This document shows positions 42,304-55,861 of a stretch of 64,000 nt of DNA, in pieces. A model generated the notes under the pieces. It saw only the letters and a list, made by a program, of their open reading frames with translations. It was not told where the DNA came from and did no database searches. Position 1 is the first letter of the stretch, and each line of letters begins with the position of its first letter. The position numbers and the translations under genes were made by a program. Origin of the DNA: Flaccisagitta enflata (lineage: Eukaryota); NCBI GenBank assembly GCA_965153355.1, contig OZ231126.1:25296001-25360000 (forward strand). Reading direction: 5' to 3'.

Positions 42304-42836
42304 TAAGAATCCGATTAATGAATGAATGAATGAATGAATGAATGAATGAATGAATGAATGAATGAACGAATGAATGAATGAATGAATGAATGAATGAATG
42401 AATGAATAAATGAATGAATGAATGAATGAATGAACGAATGAGTGAATGAATGAATGAATGAATGAATGAATGAATGAATGAATGAATGAATGAAATAATG
42501 GTGGAATGATTGCATGATTGAATTGATGAATGAATGAATAAAAGAATGAATGAATGAATGAATGAAAGAAGGAATGAATGAGTGAATGAATGAATGAATG
42601 AATGAATGAATTAATGAATGAATGAATGAATGAATGAATGAATGAATGAATGAATGAATGAATGAATGAATGAATGAATCAATGAATGAATCAATGAATA
42701 AATGAACGAATGAGTGAATGAATGAATGAATGAATGAATGAATGAATGAATGAATGAATGATTGAATGAATGAATGAATGAATGAATGAAGGAAAGAGTG
42801 AATGAATGAATGAATGAAGGAATGTGTGAATGAATG
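42216..42836 (+). repeat. (GAAT)n / (CAAT)n microsatellite
   Basis: Direct read. Confidence 0.95.
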
Positions 42837-43255
42837 AAAAAAAAATCAGAATAAATGATCAAATAAATGTTTAACGCCCTGATCATCCTACGCTCATTAT
42901 CGGGCCCACCCAGAGTCACGAAGGCGACGAAAGGGAGAGAGAAGAGACGATGACAAACTTGAGACCTCGAAAATGTTGAAAGCGTCTAAAAGTGTGAGAT
43001 TGAGACTTGAGACCTCCGCGAAATTCGACTCCAGACGCCGAAAAGGGATGAAATATATCCAAGTTAGTTCCTCAACTGACCTCACTTCAAATCCAATTTA
43101 AAATGAATGCGTCTAAAAGTTCACTTTGACAATTTCGTTTCTTTTTCTCTCACTCTCTTTTTCCGTCTGTCTCTGCCTGTTTCAATTTCTTCGTTTAAAG
43201 CGTTTGAAAAATGACATTCGTGTTGATGGGAGGGGATCAGATGCGTCCAATATCT

Positions 43256-44948
43256 TTAGTCGCGTGCTACGCGACTCTGCGGTACACCCCGCTTTGTCCG
43301 TCCGTCCATCCGTCCGTCGGTCGGTTGGTTGGTCGGTCGCTATTTCACTTTTTTGGCGTTTTTAAGCGTTTTGAGCTAACTGCTCCTGCCCAAATGCCTC
43401 AGTGACCTTCTCCATCACTGCCCCTTCCCACCCGCACCTAACTAGGGTATCCGTGTATCCGGCCTTGTTTTTTTCTCTGAACATTGTTTTGAAAACGGAA
43501 AAGTGATTTCGACGCTGTAGTCTCTAAGCTCTGACAGACCCATCCCTCAGTGATCACGGCTCAAGACGTGGCGTGGTTGCATTCGTCTTCCATGCAACAT
43601 AGTACGAGGAGCGAATATTATCGGGAAAAAGTCGAAGTCAGTCTTTGACTTTTTGACATATTCAAGAGAAACCTGGTTTTCATTTTCTTATTGGAAAGTT
43701 AGGTATCTCATCCGGCTGATTTGGGCCTCCAATGAAATCAATACAGTAAGTAAATTTGATTATTCTCTTTCATTTTGCGCCATGCAGAATGCTCTACAAC
43801 AAATATTTTTAGTTGCAGACACGCAACTCTAGAACTTGCTGTGTCAGTCGGTAGGTTGGTAGGTAAGAAATATTGTTAAATTGCGGCGGTTTTCGCATTA
43901 CGGCTCCTGCCCAACTGTCCGCGACTGTATTGCCGTGTATCCGGCCTTGTTTTTGTTATGATTTCTTACAGATTTATTCACAAAAAATCCAAATTGATTT
44001 TTTTTTCAACTTTTTATAATTTAAAGTAGGATCAATATAGGAGTGTATTTATGTTTATTTGAGCATGCAAATACAAAAAAAAAAACATGTTTATGAGCAT
44101 AGCTGCTCATCTGTGAGGGTGTTTTTCAGCATTTTAGCTCATTTAGCTTACTTAGCTCAGTATTTTTTTTTAATTTCAAATGTGATAAAAGAATAAATAT
44201 CTTGATACATGCTTAAGCAAGCAAATACAAACAGCATGCAAATAGAAGAAAACATATCAGTGAGCATAACTGGTTGTCTGGTTGAGTGATTTTGAATGTT
44301 TTAGCTCATGTAGCTCATTTGGCTCATTCCTATTTTTCTCTGATTTTCAGTGCAATCAATACAGACAATTATTCTTGATTTGATTTAACAAATAAAACAA
44401 GGCGGGATACACGGCAATCCAGTCGCGGATGGTTGGGCAGGAGCAGTAATGCAAAAACCGCTTGGAATTCAAAAATGTGACGGACGGACGGACGGACGGA
44501 CGGACGGACGGACGGACGGACCAACCTACCAACCTACCAACCAACCGATACGGCAAGGTGTAGAGTCGTGTCCGCCACTAAAAATTTGCCTTGACAGAAG
44601 TCAAAAATTTGGTGAAAAGTGAACAATGCTTACGACTTTTTTCCTCACGGCCACAGCCGCCATTACTGGTAACCCTTGCAATGCATGTTCCACTACGGTA
44701 TGGCATAATTGTTTGCAAGGGGGAAAGCGAGGGGATACCATCGAATTATATAACAAGGCTACCGAAGTCGCATGCGGGTGGGCTGGGGTAGTGATAAAAA
44801 AAAAAATTAAGCAATTTGGCAGGAGCAGTAACTCAAAAACCCCCCGTAAACGCCGAAGAAAGCTAACTCGAACAGACAGACGGACGGACCGACGAACGGA
44901 CCGACCGACCGACATAGCGGTTCATAGAGTCGCGTAGCACGCGACTTA
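43256..44948. mobile_element. Cluster of four HINE family A copies: 43256-43469(+), 43809-43951(+), 44396-44581(-), 44752-44948(-)
   Basis: Each has the 5' palindrome, the GTCY repeat and the CCTTGTT 3' end. Confidence 0.8.
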
Positions 44949-45627
44949 GAAATAACGAGAAAATAATCGTTCGGATCTACTGGCGAACAAATGGATGGAC
45001 GGGTCGACAATATGAATTTTATAATGAAAACTATGACTAGATACGACCAATAATTGCATACAACGAAGGTCTACAGCCATGCTAGCGTTATTGACAGTTT
45101 CTGCCCAACACGCCTACATAATCTCCGCACACCCGTGATTAGAGAGAGAAGCTGCAAGGAAGAGTAATGAAACGTTGAGATAAGTAGATACAAACTGCCT
45201 CAAAGACTGGACTGTGGAGTCGGAATGGTTATAAAGACGGCGCACTACACGCGTTTACATGCTCTGATATCTCATTTGTATGTAAATGGGAAGATTTATG
45301 CCTCACAATCGTAGAAAATATCGAGATGAGAGAGAGAGAGATAAAAGCGTTTTATAATTGCCAACGCTTCGACGTTGTAAAGGCCCCCGTTTACACCTTC
45401 ATCTATCAGTGATAGTCTCGGGCTTGGTTGTGATTTTTTTCCCTCATCAATCCGTTCATCCATCAACGAGATTCTCATGAAATCAAGACACTTTCCTTGG
45501 GTTTCGTTCACATTTGCGTTCAGACAGATTCTCAGCGATAGACCAAATTTGGTTTTCTCATTCTTCTTGTCTTTTTTTTTTCACCAGAGAATGTTCTTTT
45601 GCTTTGTCAAAATCATTAGCAGGCTTA

Positions 45628-46027
45628 CAGAACCAATGACATTACAGTGAGAGGGGCAGTCAAAATCGCTAGCAACCCTGCCTGCAGCTCAAATGGTTAC
45701 TACTACATGAACAATAAAGGTGGCGCCCAACAACTTGTCCCAATTCAATTCCCGCCATCGAGGCGATTTCCTTATTTCAACGTAGTTTTCAAGATACAGC
45801 CCTTTTAGGGTGAAAATCAGCCATTTTCTGAGGTGTTGATTTAGCTAATTTATGACCAATATCTTCGGAACTATGAGGAAATTCAAAAAACGCCTCGATG
45901 GCGGGAATTCTATTGGGATAAGCTATCAGCCAGTACCTCAGTTTTCCCTGTAATATTGTCCATCCAAGCTGTGGGTAGGGGTGCTAGCGATTTTGCTGCC
46001 CCTCTCATTATATTATCATTGAGACTG
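45628..46027. mobile_element. TA-flanked palindromic MITE
   Basis: TGAGAGGGGCAG.CAAAATCGCTAGCA / TGCTAGCGATTTTGCTGCCCCTCTCA and AATTCCCGCCATCGAGGCG / CGCCTCGATGGCGGGAATT inverted pairs. Confidence 0.8.
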
Positions 46028-47345
46028 TATTCAGTAAAGTTATTCACCCAATACAGATGTTTAGTCCTTTTGCCTTTTCATTTTTACAGGATACACCATG
46101 ACCTTGATCCATGGTTAGAATATTTCTTAGAATAATCAATGAATTATCTTTTCAAATACAAAAAATGTTTTATGTCTATTCCCTCCCCCCTCCTCCTTCT
46201 TTTTTCCTTTCTCCTTTGCTTTTGCAAATCGCGTTGTTTGTCGTCAATCCCTATTTCAATTAAAGATAAGTATAATGTAAACACACCCAACTCCTTTCCC
46301 TTTTCTAATTTCTCCTCCTTGCCTGCTTTTGTAGATGGCGTTGTTCGTCGTCGATCCCTAATTCACTCAAAGATTCAACATAATGACGTCTCACGGGATC
46401 TCATCATCCGTAATAAATTAAGTCACGCCGAGGCACAAGAAGGAGGTTACATCGAGTCAACGGCGATAGATGGTAAAAAATGAATGGGGGATTGTGTATG
46501 TATCTTGATAAGGAGGGGGTACTGGGTTTGGTTATCTGCTAAAACAAGTCAAGGCGCCGAGAAACTGGTAATGCAGGTGTGACGTTTCATCAAATAGCCA
46601 TACGAAGGACAAATTCACATTGCTCATCTTTCGTACTCTTAAAACAGTTATGATAAAAATGCGGCTACATGTAGTTGCATAACATAAGCCCTCAGCTACC
46701 TTAACTACCTTAGCTACCCTAAGTACTTTAGTAAGGAGTTTTCTTTTGGGTTAGAGTGAGAGGGAATGTTTTTCAAATTCTGTTTTATGAAAAACTAGGA
46801 GTGATGCGCGTAGTAACTAGTCAGTGAGGGCTAACAAGGCCCTCTTCCATTTATTTTAGTTTGGGTATTTGAGGGATGTTGTTCCACCTATGATAAGAAG
46901 TAGATACTAAGCTGTGATTACAGCATACCTTTCACTTGTCGGATACGAAATCTAGTTAACTAGAGAAATAGGCAATCACAACCAACCTAGAAGCACAACC
47001 TATAACAAGATGATTTGTAAAGAAATATTACACAGCTCTCACCTGATTCCATCTCCACATTATCATATTCTCTCATCCCAATTCCCCAGTAAATTGCCCT
47101 TCTGTTCATTTTCCCCTCTCGTAGGTAACGAAGGAGAGGAATACATTACCGCACATTTATTCATAGGCGTCTCTCCGATCTCTCGGCCGCTAAGAAGCCC
47201 GAATCCCGCAAAAGCGACGAAGAAATGAATGCCAAGTACAAAATCCAACGCCCAATCTCGAAAAGAAGATGAGAAAAAGAAAAAGAAAAAGAAAAAGAAA
47301 AAGAAAAAGAAAAAGAAAAAGAAGAGGGAAAATGTAAAAGATGTA

Positions 47346-47863
47346 CACTCATTTGTTTTTATAAGAACATATAATTTTTTTCTGAGGCTCAGTGTTCTCA
47401 TTTTTAAGTTAATTTGAGGCTCAAATTGTTCTTACGGTGTTCTTATTTTTCAAATTGCCAGCCAGAGCTAAAATGTCATACCCTCGGGTGATTTCTTGAA
47501 TTTTGGTTAATTAGGTAACAATCATTGCCCTTGATTACTTTTGGTAAGCAGTTTGCTTTTGGCCTAGATTAGATGGGATGTTTTTCAGATTGTGTTTTAT
47601 GGAAAACTAGGAGTGGTGCGCATATCAACTAATCAGTGAGGGTTCGCAAGGCCTTTTTCCATCTATTTCAGTTTGAGGATGGTGAGGGATATTGATCCAC
47701 CTATCATTGAAGGGACTGTTCTTAGCAGCGACAAATGAGGTTCAGATGTTCTTAGATTCCCTCAGATTTGAGGCTGACGATGTTCTTACGATTGTTCTTA
47801 TTTTCTTCCTCATCTGAGCCTCAATGTTCTTATAAACAAGGTTCTTAGTCAAACATATGAGTG
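47346..47863. mobile_element. TA-flanked MITE containing a fragment of a dispersed repeat
   Basis: TA-CACTCATTTGTTTTTATAAGAAC ... GTTCTTAGTCAAACATATGAGTG-TA. Confidence 0.6.
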
Positions 47864-48340
47864 TAAAAGAGAATGAAAGAAGAGTAGTAAAGCTCGGAAA
47901 AGAGGAATCGAGAGAAAGGGGAAGGAGAAAAAGAAGAAGAAGAAAGAAAAAAAAGAAGAAGAGGAATAAGAAAGAAAAGCAAAGCAACGGAAAGGGCTAA
48001 AGATATGCATGAGAGATGGTGGATGTCAGGAGCAAGGACTCCACCTCTCCCCTCTTCTTTTTCAGGGTCCACAACTACATGAGGCCAATCCTGGTGACCC
48101 TAAGTTTTGAGAGCTGGTTTGTGGAATGAAAACGAGAGTCGGTAACCAAGGCTGGAGGGGGAGGGGCTAAATTTCTATGATGACAATTGCAACAATAATC
48201 ATTTTTGTGGGTTTTACCCACACATCATCAATTAGTGCCGAACTGCATAGAAAAATATCCTTGAGAAAGAATTGACCAAAATATGGACCATCCTGTTTCT
48301 ATTTTGGGATATTAACCTAGCTTAAAAGAAGCAAAAGCAG

Positions 48341-48442
<102 letters not shown>

Positions 48443-48592
48443 TTGTAATTGCAGGAGGGTGCATGATTGAGAAGGTGATATGATTCCCAGATCTGAGTAT
48501 TAATGACCAAAGGAAGTAAACCTGTCAGGAGAACGAGATAGCTAAGAAGAGGGGAGGGAAAATGTTCTCCATGCAAGAAAGGGGAGAGAAAG

Positions 48593-48671
<79 letters not shown>

Positions 48672-49770
48672 GGACAGACAAGCAGACCGTAAGACAGATG
48701 TAAGAAGAATGTATGAAGACGCACACGGTTACAGATAGACCTATAGACAGAATCCGAGCCAGACAGACAAATGTACAATTAACCTAAAAAACCAAATAAA
48801 CACGCATACATACAGATACCGGCAAAAAACACCCAACCACATAAAAAGGGTTCACGGGCGCATATCAAGTTCTTTTTCACGACTTTCTCGTTCTTAAGAA
48901 GGCGGTCCCACTGTACGTGAGTTGAATCGCCTGGACTGTGTGAGAGGAGAAATTGGCCTAAGATGAATCGTGGCCGATTTTGAAAAATGATCCAGTGTAT
49001 TTTGACGGTTCTGGTCTATCCGTTATCTAGGATGAATAGCGTTGACTTATTTACTTTCTTTTGAAGCTCTTCCTTGCTTCCCTCGTTCTTCCCTTTTGTT
49101 TCGAATTCTCAGTGAAAGATAAATTATTGTTTTGTTTGTAGAAGGTACAAAACAGCAAGTGAAAAATTTGAGCTGGTTTGAAACTCACAGTATTTTTCAT
49201 TCTCCTTTAAAAGGAAGATAGTTTTTTTTTCAAAAACCAATTCCATCGTAAATCATCTTCCAATCACGCTACGCCTGTTCCCGTCTGTCAGTCTCTACTC
49301 GTGAGTTTGTACGGGTGGTAGAATCATTCAACGCACCAACTAATCTACCGATCTTCTTAAAGAGAATCATTGTCGATCTCCTTTTACTACTAAGTTTTGT
49401 GAGTTCTTCATATACTTCAGCTCCTCTCTTCCTACATCTGTTCGTCCTGCACTCGATTGTGTCAACCCCATTCTTTTTCGTTATCAACGGTATCTCGTTC
49501 TCTATTTTTCTCTCTCTCACCTCTTGTCTGTCTGTATTCTTGTCAGTGTGAATTCTTTCCCTTCTTTTTTTCTTTCTGTCATTTTGTCTACCTGTCTCCC
49601 ATTATCTATGTATGTGTATGTATGTGTATGTATCATACATACATAATGTATGTGTGTGTATTCGGCCTTTTTTCAGGACAATTATGCCCTTCTTGATTCC
49701 TACGAGTGCTTGTGTGATAATCCTTCCTATCGCCTGTTGGGATGGTGACCCATCCATATCCATATCGTCC

Positions 49771-51414
49771 TTTTGGGCAGTGGACCCGAAGGGTTCGATG
49801 ACCTATGCTTTCATATGTGGGATTTTAACCTCCTCCTTTTTGGGCAGCGGCCCCAAAGGGCCGATGTCCTGAAGGACACAGGGGTGAATTTCCATACGTA
49901 CGTACGTACATCCGTCCATCCCCCCCTCCCCCGAAGCTTCTCAAGCCTCATATTCCCATTGAATAACATGTAAAATTAATGAAAAAGCAAAAAACGTATG
50001 TTTCCCATTGAATAACATGGAAAATTGATAAAAACTAAAAATAATGTTAAGTTCCTATTGAATAACATGGCAAATTGACAAGAAATTTAAAAAATGAAAA
50101 GTTCCTATTGAATATCATGGATAATTACTCAGGACATGTGGAAATTCACCCCTGTGTCCTACAGGACATTGGCCCTTTGGGGCCGCTGTCCTGCTCTCAC
50201 TCCACTTCTTCAGCTAATCACTCCAAGCAGGGCATCGGGTACCGCTGACCATGTGCAATCCTTGGATGACTTGTTCTCCTTCTTCTACGTCCCCCCCATG
50301 ACTCAGATCCTAGTCTCGAGGTCCAAATCCCAGCCTTGAGGTCCAAATCCCAGCCATGAAGCCCAAATCCCAGCCTTTAGGCCCAAATGCCAGTGCTGAG
50401 GCCCAAATTTTAGCCCCAATTCCCAATTCCAGCCCTAAGGCTCCAATACCTGCCTAAAGGCTCCAATCTCAGCCATGAGGCTCCAATCTAATCCTCAATG
50501 CTCCAATTGTAGCCCCAAAGCTCTCACTCAAGCCTCAAGGCTCCTATCCCAGCCCAAAGGCCCCTATCCTAACCTCATGTCCCAAATCCCAGCCTCGTGG
50601 CTCAAATCCCAGCCTCGTAGCTCAAATCCCAGCCTTAAAGCTAAAATCCTAGCCTTGATTCTTGTACCCTCGCCTTAATTCTAAAATCCTCATCCAGCAT
50701 ACAGTGGGGTTTGTGGAATAACAGCCTAAACTGGAGGAAGGTATTTAAGTGTCTTAATTTCATTTGACAAACTTGATTTTTGAAATATAAGTTGTTCACT
50801 TGATGCTCTTGTCCCTGAGTTTTTTGGTTGCTATGGAAACCAAAATTATTTTTTTGAACATTTATAACAACTAGAATATCAATATTTTGAGAAATATTAT
50901 CAGGGAACATTGCTCAGAATTAAATTTGCTACCACTTTCCCACAGCATGTCCTGTAAGAATATTGCTCGTTTAGCCGTTGCTAGGGAGCATTATTTAGTG
51001 GTTGCTAGGTGTGATGCCCCCTAGCAACGGCCAAACGAGCAATATTCTTACAGAACATACTGTGGGAAAGTTGTAGCAAATTTAATTTTGAGCAATGTTC
51101 CCTGACAATATTTCTCAAAATATTGATATTTTAGTGGTTATAAATGTTTAAAAAAATAATTTTGGTTTCCATAGCAACGGAAAAACTCAGGGACAAAAGC
51201 ATCGAGTGAACAATTTATATTTCAAATATCAAGTTTGTCAAATGAAATTAAGACACTTAAATACTTTCCTCCAGTTTAGGCTGTTATTCCACGAACCCCA
51301 CTGTAGGTCATCGGCTCCTTTGGGGCCGCTGCCCCTCTCACCTTCACATCTAACATACACCAACCTAGGGGCAACGGGTACCGCTGACCATCTGACGCTT
51401 TTGCGACTATTGTT
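49771..51414 (+). mobile_element. Family B1 element containing a nested B2 element (49839-50275) and a MITE (50702-51303)
   Basis: Outer inverted repeat and 3' tail present; the inner element has its own inverted repeat and tail. Confidence 0.85.
50702..51303. mobile_element. Nearly fully palindromic Tc1/mariner-type MITE
   Basis: TA-CAGTGGGGTT...AACCCCACTG-TA, arms of about 290 bp; splits the host motif GCATAGGTCATC at its TA. Confidence 0.92.
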
Positions 51415-51651
51415 ACTTGCAGTAAATTCAATTTCTTCTTCTTATTCTTCTTCTTCTTCTCGCCTATTTGGCAGACTTCGACCCCAAACTTTTTGCTTAT
51501 GAAGAGAAACACGAGGCTAAACACCGAAAGTTTCCATTTTCATCGAAAGCGACTCGGAAAAGTAATTCTTAAAATAAAGAAGCAAACCAAGAACAAAAAA
51601 TGATCAATTTTCAATCTGTCCCCAATTATCACCTCACACCAATGAGACGCA

Positions 51652-53607
51652 ATGGAAAAAAGAGAGCAGCATTCGGCCAAATGTTCTGAAGGGATTTTCA
51701 CGAAACACGAAAACATGGAAAGTGATTACACGAAAGAAAGCATTGATCAAGAGAGTGAAAACTTGGAAAAGATATCACCTTTTCAATCAACGGAGCTTGT
51801 GCATTTACGCGATGAAGAAAAAAAACTTCAGTGTTTTATTTGTCCTTCAACCTTTAAAACGAAAACGGCTTTAAAGCTACATTTGAGAATTCACACTGGA
51901 GAAAGACCCTTTAAGTGCGAAATGTGTCTATCTGCTTTCTCTCAAAAGACAAGTCTGACGATTCACATGAGGACTCACACGGGAGAACGACCACATAAAT
52001 GTGACTCATGTTCGTTATCCTTTGCTTCAAAAGCAAATTTGACTACTCACAAAACATTACACACAGGAGAAAAAGCCTACACATGTGACAGTTGTCACTC
52101 TTCTTTTTACCGGAAGTCGGATTTGTCAATGCATCTGAGGATACACACAGGAGAAAAATCATTTAAATGTGATTTCTGTCCTTCCGCTTTCGTAAGTAAT
52201 TTCGAACTGAAAGTACACACCACAACTCACACAGGAAAAAAACCGTACAAGTGCAGTTTTTGTCCTACCAGTGTTATTGCCTTTTCAACAAAGTCCGCTC
52301 TAACAATGCACATGAAGACCCACACCACAGAAAAGCATTTCAAATGCGTCATTTGCTTTTCTGCTTTTTCGAGACAGCGATATTTAACAAATCATTTGAG
52401 GACGCATTCGTTAGAAAAATCATTCAAATGTTGCCAGTGTCCCTCAGACTTCAAATCGAAATCTAAATTGAATCAGCATGTGAAGAGGCATACGGGAATA
52501 AAACCATATAAATGTGAGCTTTGTTCCTCAATGTTTGAAACAAAAACCAGTTTGACCAATCACACGAGGACGCACACAGGAGAAAAACCCTACAAATGCA
52601 AGGAATGCCCGTCTGCCTTTGCTCAAAAGGGAAATCTGGCCATTCATTTGAAAATTCACAGTCCAGATCGTCCATTAAAATGTGAGCTCTGCCCATCGAC
52701 TTTTAAAAGCAAAAGGGAATTGACTTCACGCGAGAGGACGCATACTAGTGAAAGGCCATACCAATGTAGTTGGTGTCCTAAGACCTTCAGGTCGACAAAT
52801 CATTTGTCATATCACATAAAGACGCATACTGGAGTGAAGCCGTGTAAGTGTACTTCCTGTCCATCAACCTTTAAAACAAAATATCAATTGAAGTTGCATA
52901 TGAGATCGCACACTGGAGAAAAGCCTTATAAATGTCAAAATTGCGCATCTGCTTTTTCGCAAAAGCATAATTTAGTAGGTCATTTGAGAACTCACACCGG
53001 AGAAAAACCATTCAAATGTAAGGTATGTCCATCTGTTTTTAACAGAAAACTTGAACAAGTGCGTCATATGAGAATTCACACAATAGAACAGTCTGTTCTT
53101 TCTCGTGCCACTTATTCCGCTCCTGAAGGTCAGTGGGATCATGAGAGCTGTAACAATGGTGAAAAACCTCACAAATGTGATTTGTGCTCCTCCGCCTTTA
53201 CCGACTCAAGGGATCTGAAGAAGCACATAATGATTCATAGCGGACATAAACCATACAAATGTGATCTATGCACATCATCATTTTCTCTAAGTTATAACTT
53301 GAAACAGCACAGAGTCGTCCACACAGGAGAAAAAACATTTATGTGCCACCTTTGTTCATTCGCGTGTTCCCAAAAACGTAATCTGAATTTTCACACAAAG
53401 ACTCACTCTGAAGAAAAGCCATACAAATGTGAAACTTGCTCTCTTGCCTTTCGGAATAATCATGCTTTGAAAACTCATACATTGACTCACTTAGGAAATA
53501 GATCATTTAAATGTGGTCATTGTGAAGCTTCATTTTCTAGAAAGGATCATTTACGTGGTCATGTGAGGACGCACACTGGAGAAAAGCCTTATGAATGCGA
53601 CCAGTAA
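51652..53607 (+). CDS. Multi-C2H2 zinc-finger protein (651 aa, 20 fingers plus a truncated 21st), no recognisable KRAB/ZAD/BTB domain
   Basis: Long non-repetitive ORF with repeated CxxC-x12-HxxxH and TGEKP-type linkers; in-frame TGA 9 nt upstream of the ATG. Confidence 0.93.
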   Translation: MEKREQHSAKCSEGIFTKHENMESDYTKESIDQESENLEKISPFQSTELVHLRDEEKKLQCFICPSTFKTKTALKLHLRIHTGERPFKCEMCLSAFSQKTSLTIHMRTHTGERPHKCDSCSLSFASKANLTTHKTLHTGEKAYTCDSCHSSFYRKSDLSMHLRIHTGEKSFKCDFCPSAFVSNFELKVHTTTHTGKKPYKCSFCPTSVIAFSTKSALTMHMKTHTTEKHFKCVICFSAFSRQRYLTNHLRTHSLEKSFKCCQCPSDFKSKSKLNQHVKRHTGIKPYKCELCSSMFETKTSLTNHTRTHTGEKPYKCKECPSAFAQKGNLAIHLKIHSPDRPLKCELCPSTFKSKRELTSRERTHTSERPYQCSWCPKTFRSTNHLSYHIKTHTGVKPCKCTSCPSTFKTKYQLKLHMRSHTGEKPYKCQNCASAFSQKHNLVGHLRTHTGEKPFKCKVCPSVFNRKLEQVRHMRIHTIEQSVLSRATYSAPEGQWDHESCNNGEKPHKCDLCSSAFTDSRDLKKHIMIHSGHKPYKCDLCTSSFSLSYNLKQHRVVHTGEKTFMCHLCSFACSQKRNLNFHTKTHSEEKPYKCETCSLAFRNNHALKTHTLTHLGNRSFKCGHCEASFSRKDHLRGHVRTHTGEKPYECDQ

Positions 53608-54760
53608 CCTGTGGCGTTTTCGGCAAAACAAAATTTAAGGACTCATCAAAGAAAGGTTCATTTAAGAAATCCCCAGTAAATGTGAAATGGGTTCATCTGA
53701 TAAATCTTCCGAAGATGATTTGAGTCACATATGCCAAGAAAAGTTACAATTAAGGTTCATCTTTTTTGGTTAACTTATACCAATTTCAAAACGATAGAAC
53801 ATCAAGTATCACATTACGATTTAAGATGTTGAATAATGTCAACTGATTCTTCTCTTGTTGGCGATTTTAAAGACACGACAATTCCGTCCAAAACAGAAAT
53901 TGATCATTTTCCAGAATGCATTATTTTTGAAAATGTAAACCTCAAAGAGAAGGAATTCTACCTGGGACGGACGTTTGCAGTTGTATAGCACTGATCAAAT
54001 CAAAACAAAACAGGAATTGAGTTGCAAATTTTATCCAAATGTAAATGTCAAAATTGCGCATCTGCATTTTCGCAAAAGCATAATTTGGTAGACTGATTTT
54101 GTAATTTGATAGAATGATTTTTGTTTTTTGGTAGACTGATTTGCTAATTTGTAAATTGATTTTGGTTACATGATTGTAGTTTAAATAGAAGCAAGCAGGA
54201 CATGCAAATATTTTTTTTGTGTACATGAAAAGTGGAACAATATCCCTCACTATACCCAAACTGAAATAAATGGAAGAGGGCCTTGTGCACCCTCACATGT
54301 TAGATACTACCCCAGCCCAAACATTTTATTGCGTTTGATATCTTAACACTTTGGAAAATTCACTCAGCGAAGAGGGCGACATAAGCTCATTTAAACGTTA
54401 GTACGGATGGCAAAGATGTCTAAAGTGAAGCCGTGAGCTCTCTCGGGGCCAAGAGGGAATAGAGAGACAGTTAGATGTAACTAGATAGAGACAGAGAGAC
54501 TTAGACAAACTAAGATAGAGACAGAGAGACAGACAGACAGAGAGGCCGAAAGAAAGAAAAGTGTGCCCCTCTCGCCCTCGAGAGCCTTTCTGTGAGTCTC
54601 ATGATACATTTGCATAGATATGTGAAAATCATGAGGCGATTTGGCAAAATTTCCTCAGAGCTCACCACTGATTCCCTCACATCCATCTCCAGGAAGCGCG
54701 CCTCCATTAATTGTAGGGGATGACGTCATGAAAAGAGGAAAATCTAGATATGGAGATGGG

Positions 54761-54914
<154 letters not shown>

Positions 54915-55106
54915 GAAACATGCCTGTACATTCACCTACACACTCAAACTAACACCAATTTATGACACTGACAGTGTCACACTGTTACATATGGACATGG
55001 CATTGTGCTCGTCGGTTTCTGGTCTTAAGCAATCCACACGAAGTGATCAAATGCAAAGAATTTTATCCTTCTGGAAAACAATTGAAATCAGCAAGAGTTC
55101 GGGCTA

Positions 55107-55861
55107 CCATGCTTTCAAATGCAACTGGAACCAGCGAAACCTTTATTGTGTCTAAAGTATTCATATTTAGAAATCCAGCTTGGATTTGTCTAAAAGTACA
55201 TAACCTACCATTTGTTCATGCAAAATTTTATTGTAGTAGCTTCAGCAATTTGGCTTCCACACAATTTTGAGTAAAAATGTTGTGAGCCCCATGAAAGGCT
55301 CCTAATGAAATTAATGGCTAGAGTTCCATAACTTTAAAACACTGATATTTCCTTATAAATCTGATGAAAATATCCAGATTGGTCCTGAAACTTAGATATT
55401 AATCTAGATTCATGTATCATTAAGGAAAAAAAATCCAATTTCAGTTATTTATGTGAAAAATCCAATTTTTCCTCTGTTTTATTTTTTTAGATTGGAGAAG
55501 ATTTTTTTGTCAAAGAAGGCGTAAATTTCTTTGAAATTTGTAGGAAATCAAAACTGATGCAACACAGCGGTCAATCACTTCCCAATATCGACCAATTGTT
55601 CATTTTAGTTCAAGGTTGATAAAACTAACTCTTATTGATGCAAATTGGTTGGAAAAAAAACATTTTTAAGCAAAATTTCATCAAATTCCATCAAATTTTA
55701 AAATCAAGTGGAAAGTTAACTGCTAGAGCCACTGCTTCAAAATTTTACATGAAGAAATGGTAGGTTATGTGCATTTAGACAAATCCAAGCTTAATTTTTA
55801 AATATGAATACTTTAGACACAATAAAGGTTTTGCTGGTTCCAGTTGCTTTTGAAAGCAGGG
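55107..55861. mobile_element. TA-flanked MITE with ~130-bp TIRs
   Basis: TGCTTTCAAA.GCAACTGGAACCAGC.AAACCTTTATTGTGTCTAAAGTATTCATATTTA and its reverse complement at the ends. Confidence 0.88.

Noticed and set aside
49269-49551. Short ORFs upstream of the ZNF gene as extra exons
   Set aside because: No recognisable domain, and the ZNF ATG is preceded by an in-frame stop without a good acceptor.
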